Below are positions 18,884 through 29,230 of a DNA stretch of 64,000 nucleotides, in pieces. The first letter of the stretch is position 1; the number at the start of each line of letters is the position of its first letter. A model generated the notes under the pieces. The model searched no databases, was not told where the DNA came from, and was given only the letters and a program-made list of their open reading frames with translations. The DNA is from an uncultured Gemmatimonadales bacterium (GTDB taxonomy: Bacteria > Gemmatimonadota > Gemmatimonadetes > Gemmatimonadales > GWC2-71-9): the NCBI GenBank assembly GCA_947259405.1, contig CAMYLY010000004.1, forward strand, positions 171,529-235,528, in the 5' to 3' direction. Made by a program: the position numbers and the translations under genes.

Positions 18884-19486
18884 TCATGTTGCAAGTTGTG
18901 TGTGCCATATGCACGAGGGATCGTCTCGTCCAATGCAGGCATCGTGGGTGACTGCCCCGTCGAATTCCGTCACGCCCCGCAGCAGTGCCGCGATAGCCGA
19001 TCCGAAGAACGCGCACGCCGTGCCGTCGGGCGTCGCCTCCGTGCTGTACGACACATCCAGAAAACGCGCGGTCGCCGTACCCCGCTCCTCGTCTAGCGCG
19101 ATATCGAACACCTTCCTGGCGGTTTTGCGTGCCGTCACCCAACCGAGGCGTCCGCGCAGCGATCCAGGCAACGCGTGCAACGCGACGCGCGTGAGCACGG
19201 GAACCCGATGCAGCGCCTGTTGTGCCGCACGGCGTCCCGCGTCGCTGAACACCAGAGCGGCATCCGGGCGTCGGCCACACAAGCGGATGATACTCAGGGC
19301 TTCTTCATCACCGATTGAACCTCGGCGGACCATCGCTTGGTACCGAGCAATCTGGTTCGCGACGGTCCGATTCGCGCCGAGTCGGCGAACCGCCATCTCC
19401 TCGTCGAGCTCGTTCTTCGTATCCTCGAGTGGAATGTCGATCTCCCGCATCGACTCGAGCAGGGACAGCGGGACGAGGGGATGCAT
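18884..19486 (-). CDS. Hypothetical protein, possible V4R-like ligand-binding domain
   Basis: Track ORF 18884..19582. The likely start is Met33 (MHPLVPLSLLES). The C-terminal Cys pattern DGTACAFFGSAIAALLRGVTEFDGAVTHDACIGRDDPSCIWH resembles V4R domains. The function is not secure. Confidence 0.45.
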   Translation of the reverse strand: MHPLVPLSLLESMREIDIPLEDTKNELDEEMAVRRLGANRTVANQIARYQAMVRRGSIGDEEALSIIRLCGRRPDAALVFSDAGRRAAQQALHRVPVLTRVALHALPGSLRGRLGWVTARKTARKVFDIALDEERGTATARFLDVSYSTEATPDGTACAFFGSAIAALLRGVTEFDGAVTHDACIGRDDPSCIWHTQLAT

Positions 19487-19593
19487 GCGCGAGCCTGCTC
19501 CTGTGGCGGTCCAATGGGCCGGGCAAATTAGTTGCGCGACACTCGGCCGACTAGTGTTGCGTGGTACCGATCGATGGCCCATCCTTCGAAGGC

Positions 19594-20157
19594 ATGAGTG
19601 ACGCTAAGAAACTTTCCTTTGAGGAAGAGGCTCTTCCCCACCTCGATGCCGTTTATCGGGTTGCGCTCCGGTTGAGCGGGAATGAAGCCCATGCGCAAGA
19701 TCTAGCACAGGAAACCATGCTCAAAGCGTATCGATCCTGGTCGCAGTATCGCGAGGGGACCAACGCACGGGCCTGGCTCCTCACTATTCTCCGCAACACG
19801 TTTATCAACGAATACCGTCGAATGCGCCGCGCGGGACCGACGGTCGATGTGACGGAGATCGAAGCCTTCACCGTGTTCCATGATGTGCAGGATACGGATC
19901 CCGAAGGCACCTTCTTCGACCAGTTGGTAGACGAAGACGTCCTTCGTGCCATCGATACGCTGCCGGACGAGTTCCGAGAGACCTTAATGCTCAGTGACAT
20001 CGAGGGACTCCCCTACGCTGAAATCGCTTCCATCACGGAGGTCCCCGTGGGCACCGTCAAGTCTCGTCTGTTCCGTGCGCGCCAGGCACTCCAGAAGCAA
20101 TTATACGACTATGCGATCGAAATGGGGTACATCCAGAAGCCCGAGTTGGCAGAATGA
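19594..20157 (+). CDS. ECF-type RNA polymerase sigma factor (SigR-like)
   Basis: Start at Met12 of track ORF 19561..20157 (MSDAKKLSFEEEALPHLDAVYRVALRLSGNEAHAQDLAQETMLKAYRSW). The region 4 motif is LPYAEIASITEVPVGTVKSRLFRARQAL. Its stop overlaps the anti-sigma start (ATGA). Confidence 0.85.
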   Translation: MSDAKKLSFEEEALPHLDAVYRVALRLSGNEAHAQDLAQETMLKAYRSWSQYREGTNARAWLLTILRNTFINEYRRMRRAGPTVDVTEIEAFTVFHDVQDTDPEGTFFDQLVDEDVLRAIDTLPDEFRETLMLSDIEGLPYAEIASITEVPVGTVKSRLFRARQALQKQLYDYAIEMGYIQKPELAE

Positions 20158-20411
20158 CTGATTCGCCCCAAGCCATCGATTGCCAAGAGGCGCTCGAACG
20201 GCTCTACGACTATCTCGATGGCGAACTTACGGCCGTGCGGACCGAGGAGGTACGCGAACACCTCAAGTCATGCGCGCCCTGTATGGCGCTGTCGAGTTTT
20301 GAGTCGGCCTTCCTCCGCTTTCTCGAGGCCCGGACCCGGGCGCAGTCCGCACCCGAAGAGCTGAAGCGCCGGATTCTCCAAAACACCGTCTTCGACGCGC
20401 GCGATCGGTAA
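20154..20411 (+). CDS. Soluble zinc-binding anti-sigma factor (ZAS, RsrA-like)
   Basis: This 85-aa protein has no TM segment. Residues C10, H36, C40 and C43 (DCQEALERLYDYLDGEL...EHLKSCAPC) have the same spacing as the RsrA zinc ligands C11/H37/C41/C44. Confidence 0.8.
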   Translation: MTDSPQAIDCQEALERLYDYLDGELTAVRTEEVREHLKSCAPCMALSSFESAFLRFLEARTRAQSAPEELKRRILQNTVFDARDR

Positions 20412-20413
20412 CA

Positions 20414-21163
20414 CTGGAACCGGCACTCAGCACCCTCCTGGCAGCCACGCTCGCGGTCGCCGGGATTGGCCTGCGGTGGCTCACGAAGACCGGCGCACTC
20501 GCAGCCTTCGCCGTCGGCACTGCCATCCTGGTGGGTACTGGGTTAGCTGGGGGTGGGTTACTCGCATTCTTCTTTGTCAGTAGCTCGGCGCTGACGTTTG
20601 CGATCGGAGAAAGAACGCAGACGGGAGGCCGTTCGGCCATGCAGGTTCTGGCCAACGGAGGCATCGCCGCCGTCGGAGCTCTCGCGGTCGCCGCGGGAGC
20701 GGCGCTCGGCTGGCCTCTCATGCTGGGCTCACTCGCCGCCTCACAGGCGGACACTTGGGCAACCGAGATCGGCCAGACTGCCGCCGCCCCACCTCGCCTG
20801 ATCACGACAGGGCGTCCCGTGCCGCGCGGAACCTCTGGCGCCGTGTCCTGGAAAGGCACGCTCGGCGGGGCAGCGGGAGCGCTCAGTATGAGTGCAGTCG
20901 GGCTCGCGGTTGGGCTCGCGGCTGGACCGATCCTGGCGGGCGGAATCGGGGGCCTAGTCGGTATGACGGCAGATTCTGTGTTGGGCGCCACTGTGCAAGC
21001 GCGTTATCGCTGCGGCGCCTGTCATGCAGAGGTAGAGACAGCTAGACATTGCCGGACCGCTACCCAGTTAACGCGGGGCCGACGATGGCTGACCAACGAC
21101 ATGGTGAACGTGATCGGAAGCAGCCTTGGGGGACTGATCGGGATGGCAGCCTCTTTAGTTTGA
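20414..21163 (+). CDS. DUF92/TMEM19-family integral membrane protein (probable CTG start)
   Basis: The track ORF starts at GTG 20531, but the frame is open from 20414 and encodes a hydrophobic N-terminus (LEPALSTLLAATLAVAGIGLRWLTKTGALAAFAVGTAIL). DUF92-like motifs seen: ANGGIAAVGAL, QADTWATEIG, TSGAVSWKGTLGGAAGAL, DSVLGATVQ. Confidence 0.6.
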   Translation: MEPALSTLLAATLAVAGIGLRWLTKTGALAAFAVGTAILVGTGLAGGGLLAFFFVSSSALTFAIGERTQTGGRSAMQVLANGGIAAVGALAVAAGAALGWPLMLGSLAASQADTWATEIGQTAAAPPRLITTGRPVPRGTSGAVSWKGTLGGAAGALSMSAVGLAVGLAAGPILAGGIGGLVGMTADSVLGATVQARYRCGACHAEVETARHCRTATQLTRGRRWLTNDMVNVIGSSLGGLIGMAASLV

Positions 21164-21179
21164 ACGCTCGGGATCAATG

Positions 21180-22166
21180 TCAGTCGATCAATCCGCTTTC
21201 GAGCTCATTTGCCAACTGCACGGCATCATATGTGACGACGATATCGGCTCCGGCGCGCCGTAGCGCGATGACGCTTTCCCGCATCACACGACGCTCATCG
21301 ATGACTCCCGCTGCACCGGCGACCTTGATCATGGCATACTCGCCGCTCACCTGGTATACCGCCAACGGGCCACCAAACATCTCCTTCGCCCGACCGACGA
21401 TGTCCATGTACGGTAATCCTGGCTTCACCATGACGATGTCGGCGCCTTCGTCGAGATCCAACGCAATCTCCCGCATGGCCTCCGCCGCATTGGGCGGATC
21501 CATCTGGTACCCGCGGCGATCCCCGAACTGTGGCGCGCTATCGGCCGCTTCCCGAAAGGGGCCGTAAAACGCCGACGCATACTTTGCCGCATACGACATG
21601 ATCACGGTCTCATGATAGCCAACGTCATCGAGTCCGGATCGGATTGCCCCGACCCGACCATCCATCATGTCGCTGGGAGCTACGATGTCCGCGCCCGCGG
21701 TGGCGTGCGAGACGGCCGTCTTCGTGAGAATTTCGAGCGTCGCATCGTTATCGACCGTATCGTCGCGAACCAGGCCGCAGTGGCCGTGCGACATATACTC
21801 GCAAAGGCACACATCGGTAACCACCACCAAGTCAGGCTCCGCTTGCTTCATTTGCCGAACCGCGAGCTGGATCACGCCGTCTTCAGCGTAGGCCGCAGTT
21901 CCTCGGTCGTCCTTCTCGTCGGGCAACCCGAACAACAGGACACCTCCCAGCCCACTCGCTACAGCCCGGCCCGCGAGATGGGGAGCGTCGCTCAGGGGAT
22001 GTTGGTCCACGCCAGGCATCGACGAAATCGCCGTAGCCCGGCCGTCGGTCTTGATGAACAGTGGCCACAGCAACTGCGACGCCTCGACCCGTGTTTCGCG
22101 GACCAGCCGGCGGAGGCCGGCGGTGCGCCGAAGGCGGCGCATGCGGAGTTCCGGAAACCCGCTCAC
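21180..22166 (-). CDS. hemB: Porphobilinogen synthase (delta-aminolevulinate dehydratase)
   Basis: The 328-aa ORF carries MRRLRRTAGLRRLVRETRV, VTDVCLCEYMSHGHCG, APSDMMDGRV, SYAAKYASAFYGPFREA and MVKPGLPYMDIV. Confidence 0.9.
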   Translation of the reverse strand: MSGFPELRMRRLRRTAGLRRLVRETRVEASQLLWPLFIKTDGRATAISSMPGVDQHPLSDAPHLAGRAVASGLGGVLLFGLPDEKDDRGTAAYAEDGVIQLAVRQMKQAEPDLVVVTDVCLCEYMSHGHCGLVRDDTVDNDATLEILTKTAVSHATAGADIVAPSDMMDGRVGAIRSGLDDVGYHETVIMSYAAKYASAFYGPFREAADSAPQFGDRRGYQMDPPNAAEAMREIALDLDEGADIVMVKPGLPYMDIVGRAKEMFGGPLAVYQVSGEYAMIKVAGAAGVIDERRVMRESVIALRRAGADIVVTYDAVQLANELESGLID

Positions 22167-22167
22167 C

Positions 22168-23100
22168 TCACACTCCCTCCGTGTTGGCCGCAGCGAGCGC
22201 GGCCAGAATCAGTTCGTTGGCCCCTTGACGCTCCAGTTCCTGTGCGGCTGAGCGTCCTGCCTCCGTCGGCACCGCAGGATCCACTGGCAGGGTCGTCTGC
22301 AGCGTGCGCGATCCGTCGATCGCATAGACCGCGACGCTGAGCGCGAGAGATTCGCCGTTACGCCAACAATGGGCGCCGATGGGAACGGCGCAACCGGATT
22401 CTAATCCCAGCAACGCGGCACGTTCCGCGAGGACTGCCGCGTGCACGGCGGGATCATCGATCCGCTCGACCGCTCCCTGTACCTCAGGGTCGTCTTCGCG
22501 TGTTTGAATCGCGAGTGCTCCCTGCCCCGGCGCAGGGACGATCGTCGCGCTGTCAATCGGCAACGCACCCTCGGCAAGTTGTAGTCGGCGCAGGCCGGCC
22601 ATCGCCAACACCGCGGCGTCGACGTCACCGTCGGTGACGCGCCGCACACGGGTTGGCACATTCCCCCTCAGTGTCGTGATTTCGAGGTCCTGCCGCGCCG
22701 CACGGAGCGCCGAACGCCGTCGGATGCTCGCGGTGCCCACTCGGCTGCCTGGAAGAAGCTCGTCAAGCGACCTGCCGTCGCGGGAAACGATCGCGTCTCT
22801 GGGATCGTCGCGCGTCGGCACGGCCCCCAGGACGAGTCCTGCAGGCATCTCGATCGCAACATCCTTGAGCGAGTGGACGGCGAGATCGGCCGCGTTCTGC
22901 AACAACGCGTCCTCGATCTCCTTGGTGAAAAGCGCCTTACCAGTTATCTCGGCGGTCGGCGTCCGGTTACCACGATCACCGCTCGTGGTAATGATTTCGA
23001 TTTCACATCGATAGTCCAGCGCTTCGAGGAGGGTGCGCACGTGCTCCGCCTGCCACCGGGCGAGCGCGCTCCCACGCGTGGCAATGCGGAGCGTGCGCAA
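22168..23100 (-). CDS. hemC: Hydroxymethylbilane synthase (porphobilinogen deaminase)
   Basis: The 310-aa ORF has a TTG start and carries LRIATRGSALARWQAEHV, ITTSGDR, HSLKDV and LRGNVPTRV. Confidence 0.9.
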   Translation of the reverse strand: MRTLRIATRGSALARWQAEHVRTLLEALDYRCEIEIITTSGDRGNRTPTAEITGKALFTKEIEDALLQNAADLAVHSLKDVAIEMPAGLVLGAVPTRDDPRDAIVSRDGRSLDELLPGSRVGTASIRRRSALRAARQDLEITTLRGNVPTRVRRVTDGDVDAAVLAMAGLRRLQLAEGALPIDSATIVPAPGQGALAIQTREDDPEVQGAVERIDDPAVHAAVLAERAALLGLESGCAVPIGAHCWRNGESLALSVAVYAIDGSRTLQTTLPVDPAVPTEAGRSAAQELERQGANELILAALAAANTEGV

Positions 23101-23109
23101 CGAAGCTGA

Positions 23110-23220
23110 CTACCGCAGGCGGCGGAGCCGGTAAAAGAGCATCGCCGCGTACACCACGACGACGACGGCAGTGATTACATATGCCGCCACCATATACGCA
23201 CCGTTGTCAGGGTAGTCCAT
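23110..23220 (-). CDS. ccmD: Heme exporter protein D (small single-TM Ccm component)
   Basis: Not in the ORF track (36 aa). My translation is MDYPDNGAYMVAAYVITAVVVVVYAAMLFYRLRRLR. The ATG at 23220 overlaps the ccmC stop by 14 nt, and the stop lies at 23112-23110. Position and shape fit CcmD. Confidence 0.7.
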   Translation of the reverse strand: MDYPDNGAYMVAAYVITAVVVVVYAAMLFYRLRRLR

Positions 23221-23911
23221 GCGCTGCCTCCTCCTCGCGAACATCCTCCAGCACTGCTGCCGCATACCGCTGCATCAGGAACCCCACGTAGAGAACAGTG
23301 AACGTCAGTACCGAAAGCAAGAGTGTTACAAGCATCACCCCCGGCAGGGAGGGACCGTCGGGTTTGAGCACCACGGGCGCGGGGTGCAACGTGCGGAACC
23401 AGTACACTGTCATATGAATGAACGGCACGAGGCCGAGCGCTAAGACACCAAGGACAGCGGAGTACCGCGCCCGCATGTCAAAATCCGTGAGAGCGCCACG
23501 AAGCACCAGGTACCCAATGAACAGGAGAAACAGGAACAGTGTCGAGGTAAGCCGCGCGTCCCACGTCCACCACGTGCCCCAGACTGGCTTACCCCAGATC
23601 GGTCCCGTCGTCAGCATCGCGACCGAGAGGGCGACACCTACCTCCGCCGACGACGCAGAAAGCAAGTCCAATTTGCGATCTTTGAGGAACAAGTACAGCA
23701 CACTCAATACGCCAGTGACCAAGAACGCGAGGAGCGCCGACCAAGCCACTGGAACATGCACATAGTAGATCTTTTGCGCCGGTCCTTGGAATCGTTCGAT
23801 AGGAGTGAACATCAACGCGCGAACGTATACCAGGGCGACGCCAACCAGGGCGGCGGAGGTCACGAAAGTGCCAAGCCGTGCCGTGCGTAGTGCCTTATCT
23901 CTTCTCGTCAT
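23207..23911 (-). CDS. ccmC: Heme exporter protein C
   Basis: The real start is Met219 of track ORF 23207..24565 (MTRRDKALRTARLG). It carries the WWD-type motif GKPVWGTWWTWDARLTS. Its start overlaps the ccmB stop (ATGA). Confidence 0.9.
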   Translation of the reverse strand: MTRRDKALRTARLGTFVTSAALVGVALVYVRALMFTPIERFQGPAQKIYYVHVPVAWSALLAFLVTGVLSVLYLFLKDRKLDLLSASSAEVGVALSVAMLTTGPIWGKPVWGTWWTWDARLTSTLFLFLLFIGYLVLRGALTDFDMRARYSAVLGVLALGLVPFIHMTVYWFRTLHPAPVVLKPDGPSLPGVMLVTLLLSVLTFTVLYVGFLMQRYAAAVLEDVREEEAAHGLP

Positions 23912-24591
23912 TCTACGATGATGGCCTCGAACAGGAGGAGTGAGAGTAGGAAGAAAACTACATCGAACGCACCGAGCAGGCTGAGCCATCCAGTCATCTC
24001 GGCCAACGGCCGGTCCGCGAGCACGCGCCAGGTCAGCTGAACCGCGCTTACAACGGGCGGCACGAGAAACGGGAGCAGCAGGACCGGCAGCATCACTTCT
24101 GAGAAACGTGTCCGGACAACCATCGCCGACAACAACGTGCCCACTGAGACGAACGCGAGCGTGGCCATGATCATGACCGCCACCAGGATCGGTAAGCGGG
24201 TCCAAATGGGAACATCGTAGAACAGGATAAAGAGTGGGAGTGATACCAGTTCCACGAACCCCACAAAAACGAGGTTGCCGATCATCTTGCCGAAGAAGAT
24301 GGCGGCGGGCGTGGCCTTCGTGAGCCGCATTCCATCGAGCGCTCGATTCTCCATCTCGAGCAGGAACGCCCGGTTCAACCCGAGCATTCCCGCGAACGTG
24401 AAGGTGACCCACAGTACGCCTGGTGCCATCTCGAACGACGAGACCGCGGTTGCGTCGCGCGCGAAGTAGAGAATGGCCAATACGAGGATCGCGAAGACGA
24501 GGGACGACACGAGGGCTGTCTTCGTCCGCCATTCGATGGCCAGGTCTTTGGCGGCAATCGCCCACGCCATCGCGACGAATCCGTTAGTCAT
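23908..24591 (-). CDS. ccmB: Heme exporter protein B
   Basis: The real start is Met92 (or Met99 at 24570) of track ORF 23908..24864, reading MTNGFVAMAWAIAAKDLAIEWRTKTALVSS. It is a six-TM CcmB-like protein. Confidence 0.85.
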   Translation of the reverse strand: MTNGFVAMAWAIAAKDLAIEWRTKTALVSSLVFAILVLAILYFARDATAVSSFEMAPGVLWVTFTFAGMLGLNRAFLLEMENRALDGMRLTKATPAAIFFGKMIGNLVFVGFVELVSLPLFILFYDVPIWTRLPILVAVMIMATLAFVSVGTLLSAMVVRTRFSEVMLPVLLLPFLVPPVVSAVQLTWRVLADRPLAEMTGWLSLLGAFDVVFFLLSLLLFEAIIVE

Positions 24592-25264
24592 CCGCCGCCA
24601 ACTCACGGTAGCGATGCATGATGCCGCTGGCGTCTCGTCCGTCGATGGGTTCCCACGCGGCAAGCCTGCCCGAAACCAGAAAACCCACGACCGTGGCGCG
24701 ATCGACCAGTTCGATGAGCTGATGCGTCGCAATGATAATGGCGTGGCCTGCGTCTCGGTGCCGCTGAATGACGTCGGCAACGATGCCCGCCGCATTCTCG
24801 TCGAGCCCGCTAAGGGGTTCGTCGAGAAGCAGGACACCAGGCTCGTCCAGTAGAGCCCGTGCAATGGCGAGCCGCTGCGTCATGCCGCGGCTATACGTCG
24901 CCAAGCGCTGGGTCGCCGCGGCGGTGAGACCCATTTGCTGGAGCAGCTCGTCCACCCGCGCCGGGTCCCGACCACGGCCCAGGCGCGTGACGAACATCAG
25001 GTTCTCCCGGCCCGTTAACGCGTCGTACAGCATGGAGTGATGCGCGACGAAGCCGACGCCACCGTGGCGGGAGACTTGGCCGCGCGACGCTTTGTTGAGC
25101 CCAGCCAACACGCGGAGCAGACTCGTCTTCCCAGACCCGTTGCCGCCGACCAACAACGCGACCTCGCCCGCGGTTACCTGGAGAGAGATATCCTTGATGA
25201 TCCAGCGATAGCCGACACGCCAGGCCACGTCGGTCGCCACCACACTGGCGTCAACCGGCATCAT
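24584..25264 (-). CDS. ccmA: Heme exporter ATP-binding protein CcmA
   Basis: Start at Met11 of track ORF 24584..25294. Walker A is GGNGSGKTSLLRVLAGL, the signature-like motif is YSRGMTQRLAIARAL, and Walker B is VLLLDEP. Confidence 0.85.
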   Translation of the reverse strand: MMPVDASVVATDVAWRVGYRWIIKDISLQVTAGEVALLVGGNGSGKTSLLRVLAGLNKASRGQVSRHGGVGFVAHHSMLYDALTGRENLMFVTRLGRGRDPARVDELLQQMGLTAAATQRLATYSRGMTQRLAIARALLDEPGVLLLDEPLSGLDENAAGIVADVIQRHRDAGHAIIIATHQLIELVDRATVVGFLVSGRLAAWEPIDGRDASGIMHRYRELAADD

Positions 25265-25613
25265 CAATGAGCTGTGCGAGATCCGCCATGTCAAAAGGCT
25301 TGACCAAATACCCCTGGTGCCCCAGCCCCATGATTTCGACCATAGGCTCGATACTCGTATAGGCCGTCGTGATGACCACGGGGATGTCCGAGCGCCACTT
25401 GCGCACGTGACGCATCACTTCGATCCCGTCCGTGTCCGGAAGATTCATGTCGAGCACGACAACGTCCGGAAGGAACCGCTCACATTCCCCGACCGCCTCC
25501 GCCCCGGTCCCCACAAACGCCATGTCGTACCGACGGCCGAAGAAGCGGCGATAGGCTTCTTGAAGTTCGAGCTGATCCTCAACGACGAGAACCCGCGTTC
25601 GCGCGTCACTCAT
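25251..25613 (-). CDS. Single-domain (CheY-like) response regulator
   Basis: This 120-aa protein is a receiver domain only. It has the acidic pocket VVED, phospho-acceptor context VVVLDMNLPDTDG, VVITTAY and YLVKPF. Its 3' end overlaps ccmA by 14 nt. Confidence 0.85.
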   Translation of the reverse strand: MSDARTRVLVVEDQLELQEAYRRFFGRRYDMAFVGTGAEAVGECERFLPDVVVLDMNLPDTDGIEVMRHVRKWRSDIPVVITTAYTSIEPMVEIMGLGHQGYLVKPFDMADLAQLIDDAG

Positions 25614-25730
25614 GGTTCGAAAGCATCGCGCCTAATATAAGTGAATCTGTACGCGACCCTTGAGCGATGGCCGCTGCGACGACACTATTACGCCGGACCA
25701 CAGTCTCCGCCGACCGGGATACGACGCACC

Positions 25731-27677
<1,947 letters not shown>

Positions 27678-27684
27678 CCGGTCG

Positions 27685-28134
27685 CTAGGAATCGACCGAC
27701 AATACGGACCCGGTCGACCGCGCGGTGAACGACTCCACGAGTGCCGTTGCGAAGATCAGCAAGATGATTCCGGCTGAGACGAGGCACCAGCGGCACCACG
27801 CCTCGATGACGAACGCCTCTAGGTAAGTGAGATACGCGCTAAACGCGACTCCGATGCCGGAAAGGAGCACGACCACGAACGTGGGCTCGCGCCGCTCGAG
27901 CCACCGTGGTTGCAGGCCCAGCAGGCTCACGACCAGAATCGCCAAATACCCGACGACACCGTAGAACGCAACGGGGATCCCCAGAAACACGGCATGTTCG
28001 GAAAGTTGGACGGTTTCGCATGATCCCGATCCACATGCGATGGCCCCGAGGAAGCCGATCTTCCACAGCCAGAGGTACACCGCCAGCAGTAGCCCTACGA
28101 GGGCAAGTGTGGCGACGACCATCCGCGACTTCAC
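27685..28134 (-). CDS. Vitamin K epoxide reductase (VKOR) family membrane protein
   Basis: The 149-aa protein has four hydrophobic segments, loop cysteines CGSGSC and the active-site motif WCRWC. Confidence 0.75.
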   Translation of the reverse strand: MKSRMVVATLALVGLLLAVYLWLWKIGFLGAIACGSGSCETVQLSEHAVFLGIPVAFYGVVGYLAILVVSLLGLQPRWLERREPTFVVVLLSGIGVAFSAYLTYLEAFVIEAWCRWCLVSAGIILLIFATALVESFTARSTGSVLSVDS

Positions 28135-28799
28135 TGGCGCGTAGCGGCCTGTTCTGCGCGCTCGACGAGCTGGATGAACTGGTCGATCGAGATCGATCCG
28201 GCTACTAGTTGATCACCGATAATGAAGCTCGGTGTCGAGCCAATGCCGATTTGCTGTCCCTCATTGCGGGTGGCGGCAATCCGGTCGAGATGGCGTTGCT
28301 CATCCATGCACTGGTCAAACCCCTGGGCATCGATGCCGATTGCTTGCGCGTAGTCTGCAAACAGCCGTCGTGGGCGTCGATCCTGCACCCATGCCCCTTG
28401 GTTATAGAAAAGCTGGTCGTGCATGGCCCAGAACTGGCCCTGTTCACCCGCGCATGCCGCCGCAAGATGGGCAATCGGCGCGCGATCATGAATCGGGAGG
28501 GGATAATCGCGAAAGACCCACCGGATTCGTCCTGAATTCACCAACCGGCTCTTGACGTCAGGTGCCGTGAGGATCGCAAACATCGCACAGGCCGGACACT
28601 GGAAATCCGCGTACTCGATGACCTCGACGGGCGCCGAGTCACTTCCAATCGCGTAGCCCGGGAATGCTGAAGCTGTCACCATCTCCGGCAGCGTAATGGT
28701 AGAGCTGCCACCGCCGGCGCTGATAATCCATGCTCCGCCTGCCACCGCGATCACGCCTAGCACGGCATAGAAGGGCTTGAGGTTTACTGACTGCGCCAT
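28131..28799 (-). CDS. DsbA-family thiol:disulfide oxidoreductase
   Basis: Membrane anchor or signal KPFYAVLGVIAVAGGAW, and thioredoxin active site YADFQCPACAMF. Its stop overlaps the VKOR start (ATGA-type overlap at 28131-28134). Confidence 0.8.
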   Translation of the reverse strand: MAQSVNLKPFYAVLGVIAVAGGAWIISAGGGSSTITLPEMVTASAFPGYAIGSDSAPVEVIEYADFQCPACAMFAILTAPDVKSRLVNSGRIRWVFRDYPLPIHDRAPIAHLAAACAGEQGQFWAMHDQLFYNQGAWVQDRRPRRLFADYAQAIGIDAQGFDQCMDEQRHLDRIAATRNEGQQIGIGSTPSFIIGDQLVAGSISIDQFIQLVERAEQAATRQ

Positions 28800-29098
28800 G
28801 GTTTTTCATCCTCCTCGTCGTCCGGCCGAAACGACTCATCGCCGAACTCCAGATTCTCCATTTTCGCCTGTGCTTGCTCGACAATCCTGCGATGTTCGGC
28901 TTCCTCCGGCGTATCGTACGTCGAGCGAACTTCGTAGTGGAACAGCTCGCTTCGAGCATCACCCATCATCTTGAGCAACTCCGGCCCGACCGCCAAGAGG
29001 TCTCCATCACTGTCGAGCTCTTGAATGCGCGCAGCGAGGGCTCGAAGCAGTTCCACAAGGCGGCGGGCTCGTGAATCGTCATAGATCGGTTCAGACAT
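28784..29098 (-). CDS. Hypothetical acidic 104-aa protein
   Basis: ORF with coding-like composition whose 3' end overlaps the dsbA start by 16 nt. It has an acidic C-terminus (ENLEFGDESFRPDDEEDEKPW). I recognise no family. Confidence 0.5.
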   Translation of the reverse strand: MSEPIYDDSRARRLVELLRALAARIQELDSDGDLLAVGPELLKMMGDARSELFHYEVRSTYDTPEEAEHRRIVEQAQAKMENLEFGDESFRPDDEEDEKPWRSQ

Positions 29099-29230
29099 GG
29101 AACTCCATTCAAGCCAGATCGGTGCTCAGAACGTATGGGGCAATGTACATAAACGACCCGAAACTGTGTTTGCGCGACCGGCCAGCCCCATGTACAATTC
29201 TGCGCGACAGGACGCGAAGAGGAGCGAGGT

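Noticed and set aside
23912-24565. The N-terminal 218-residue extension of the 452-aa track ORF 23207..24565. Similar extensions occur on 8754..10712, 10457..11788, 31038..31940 and 43121..44761.
   Set aside because: The extensions overlap the real upstream genes (here ccmB) in another frame and look non-coding. Internal Met starts give canonical N-termini and ATGA-type coupling.
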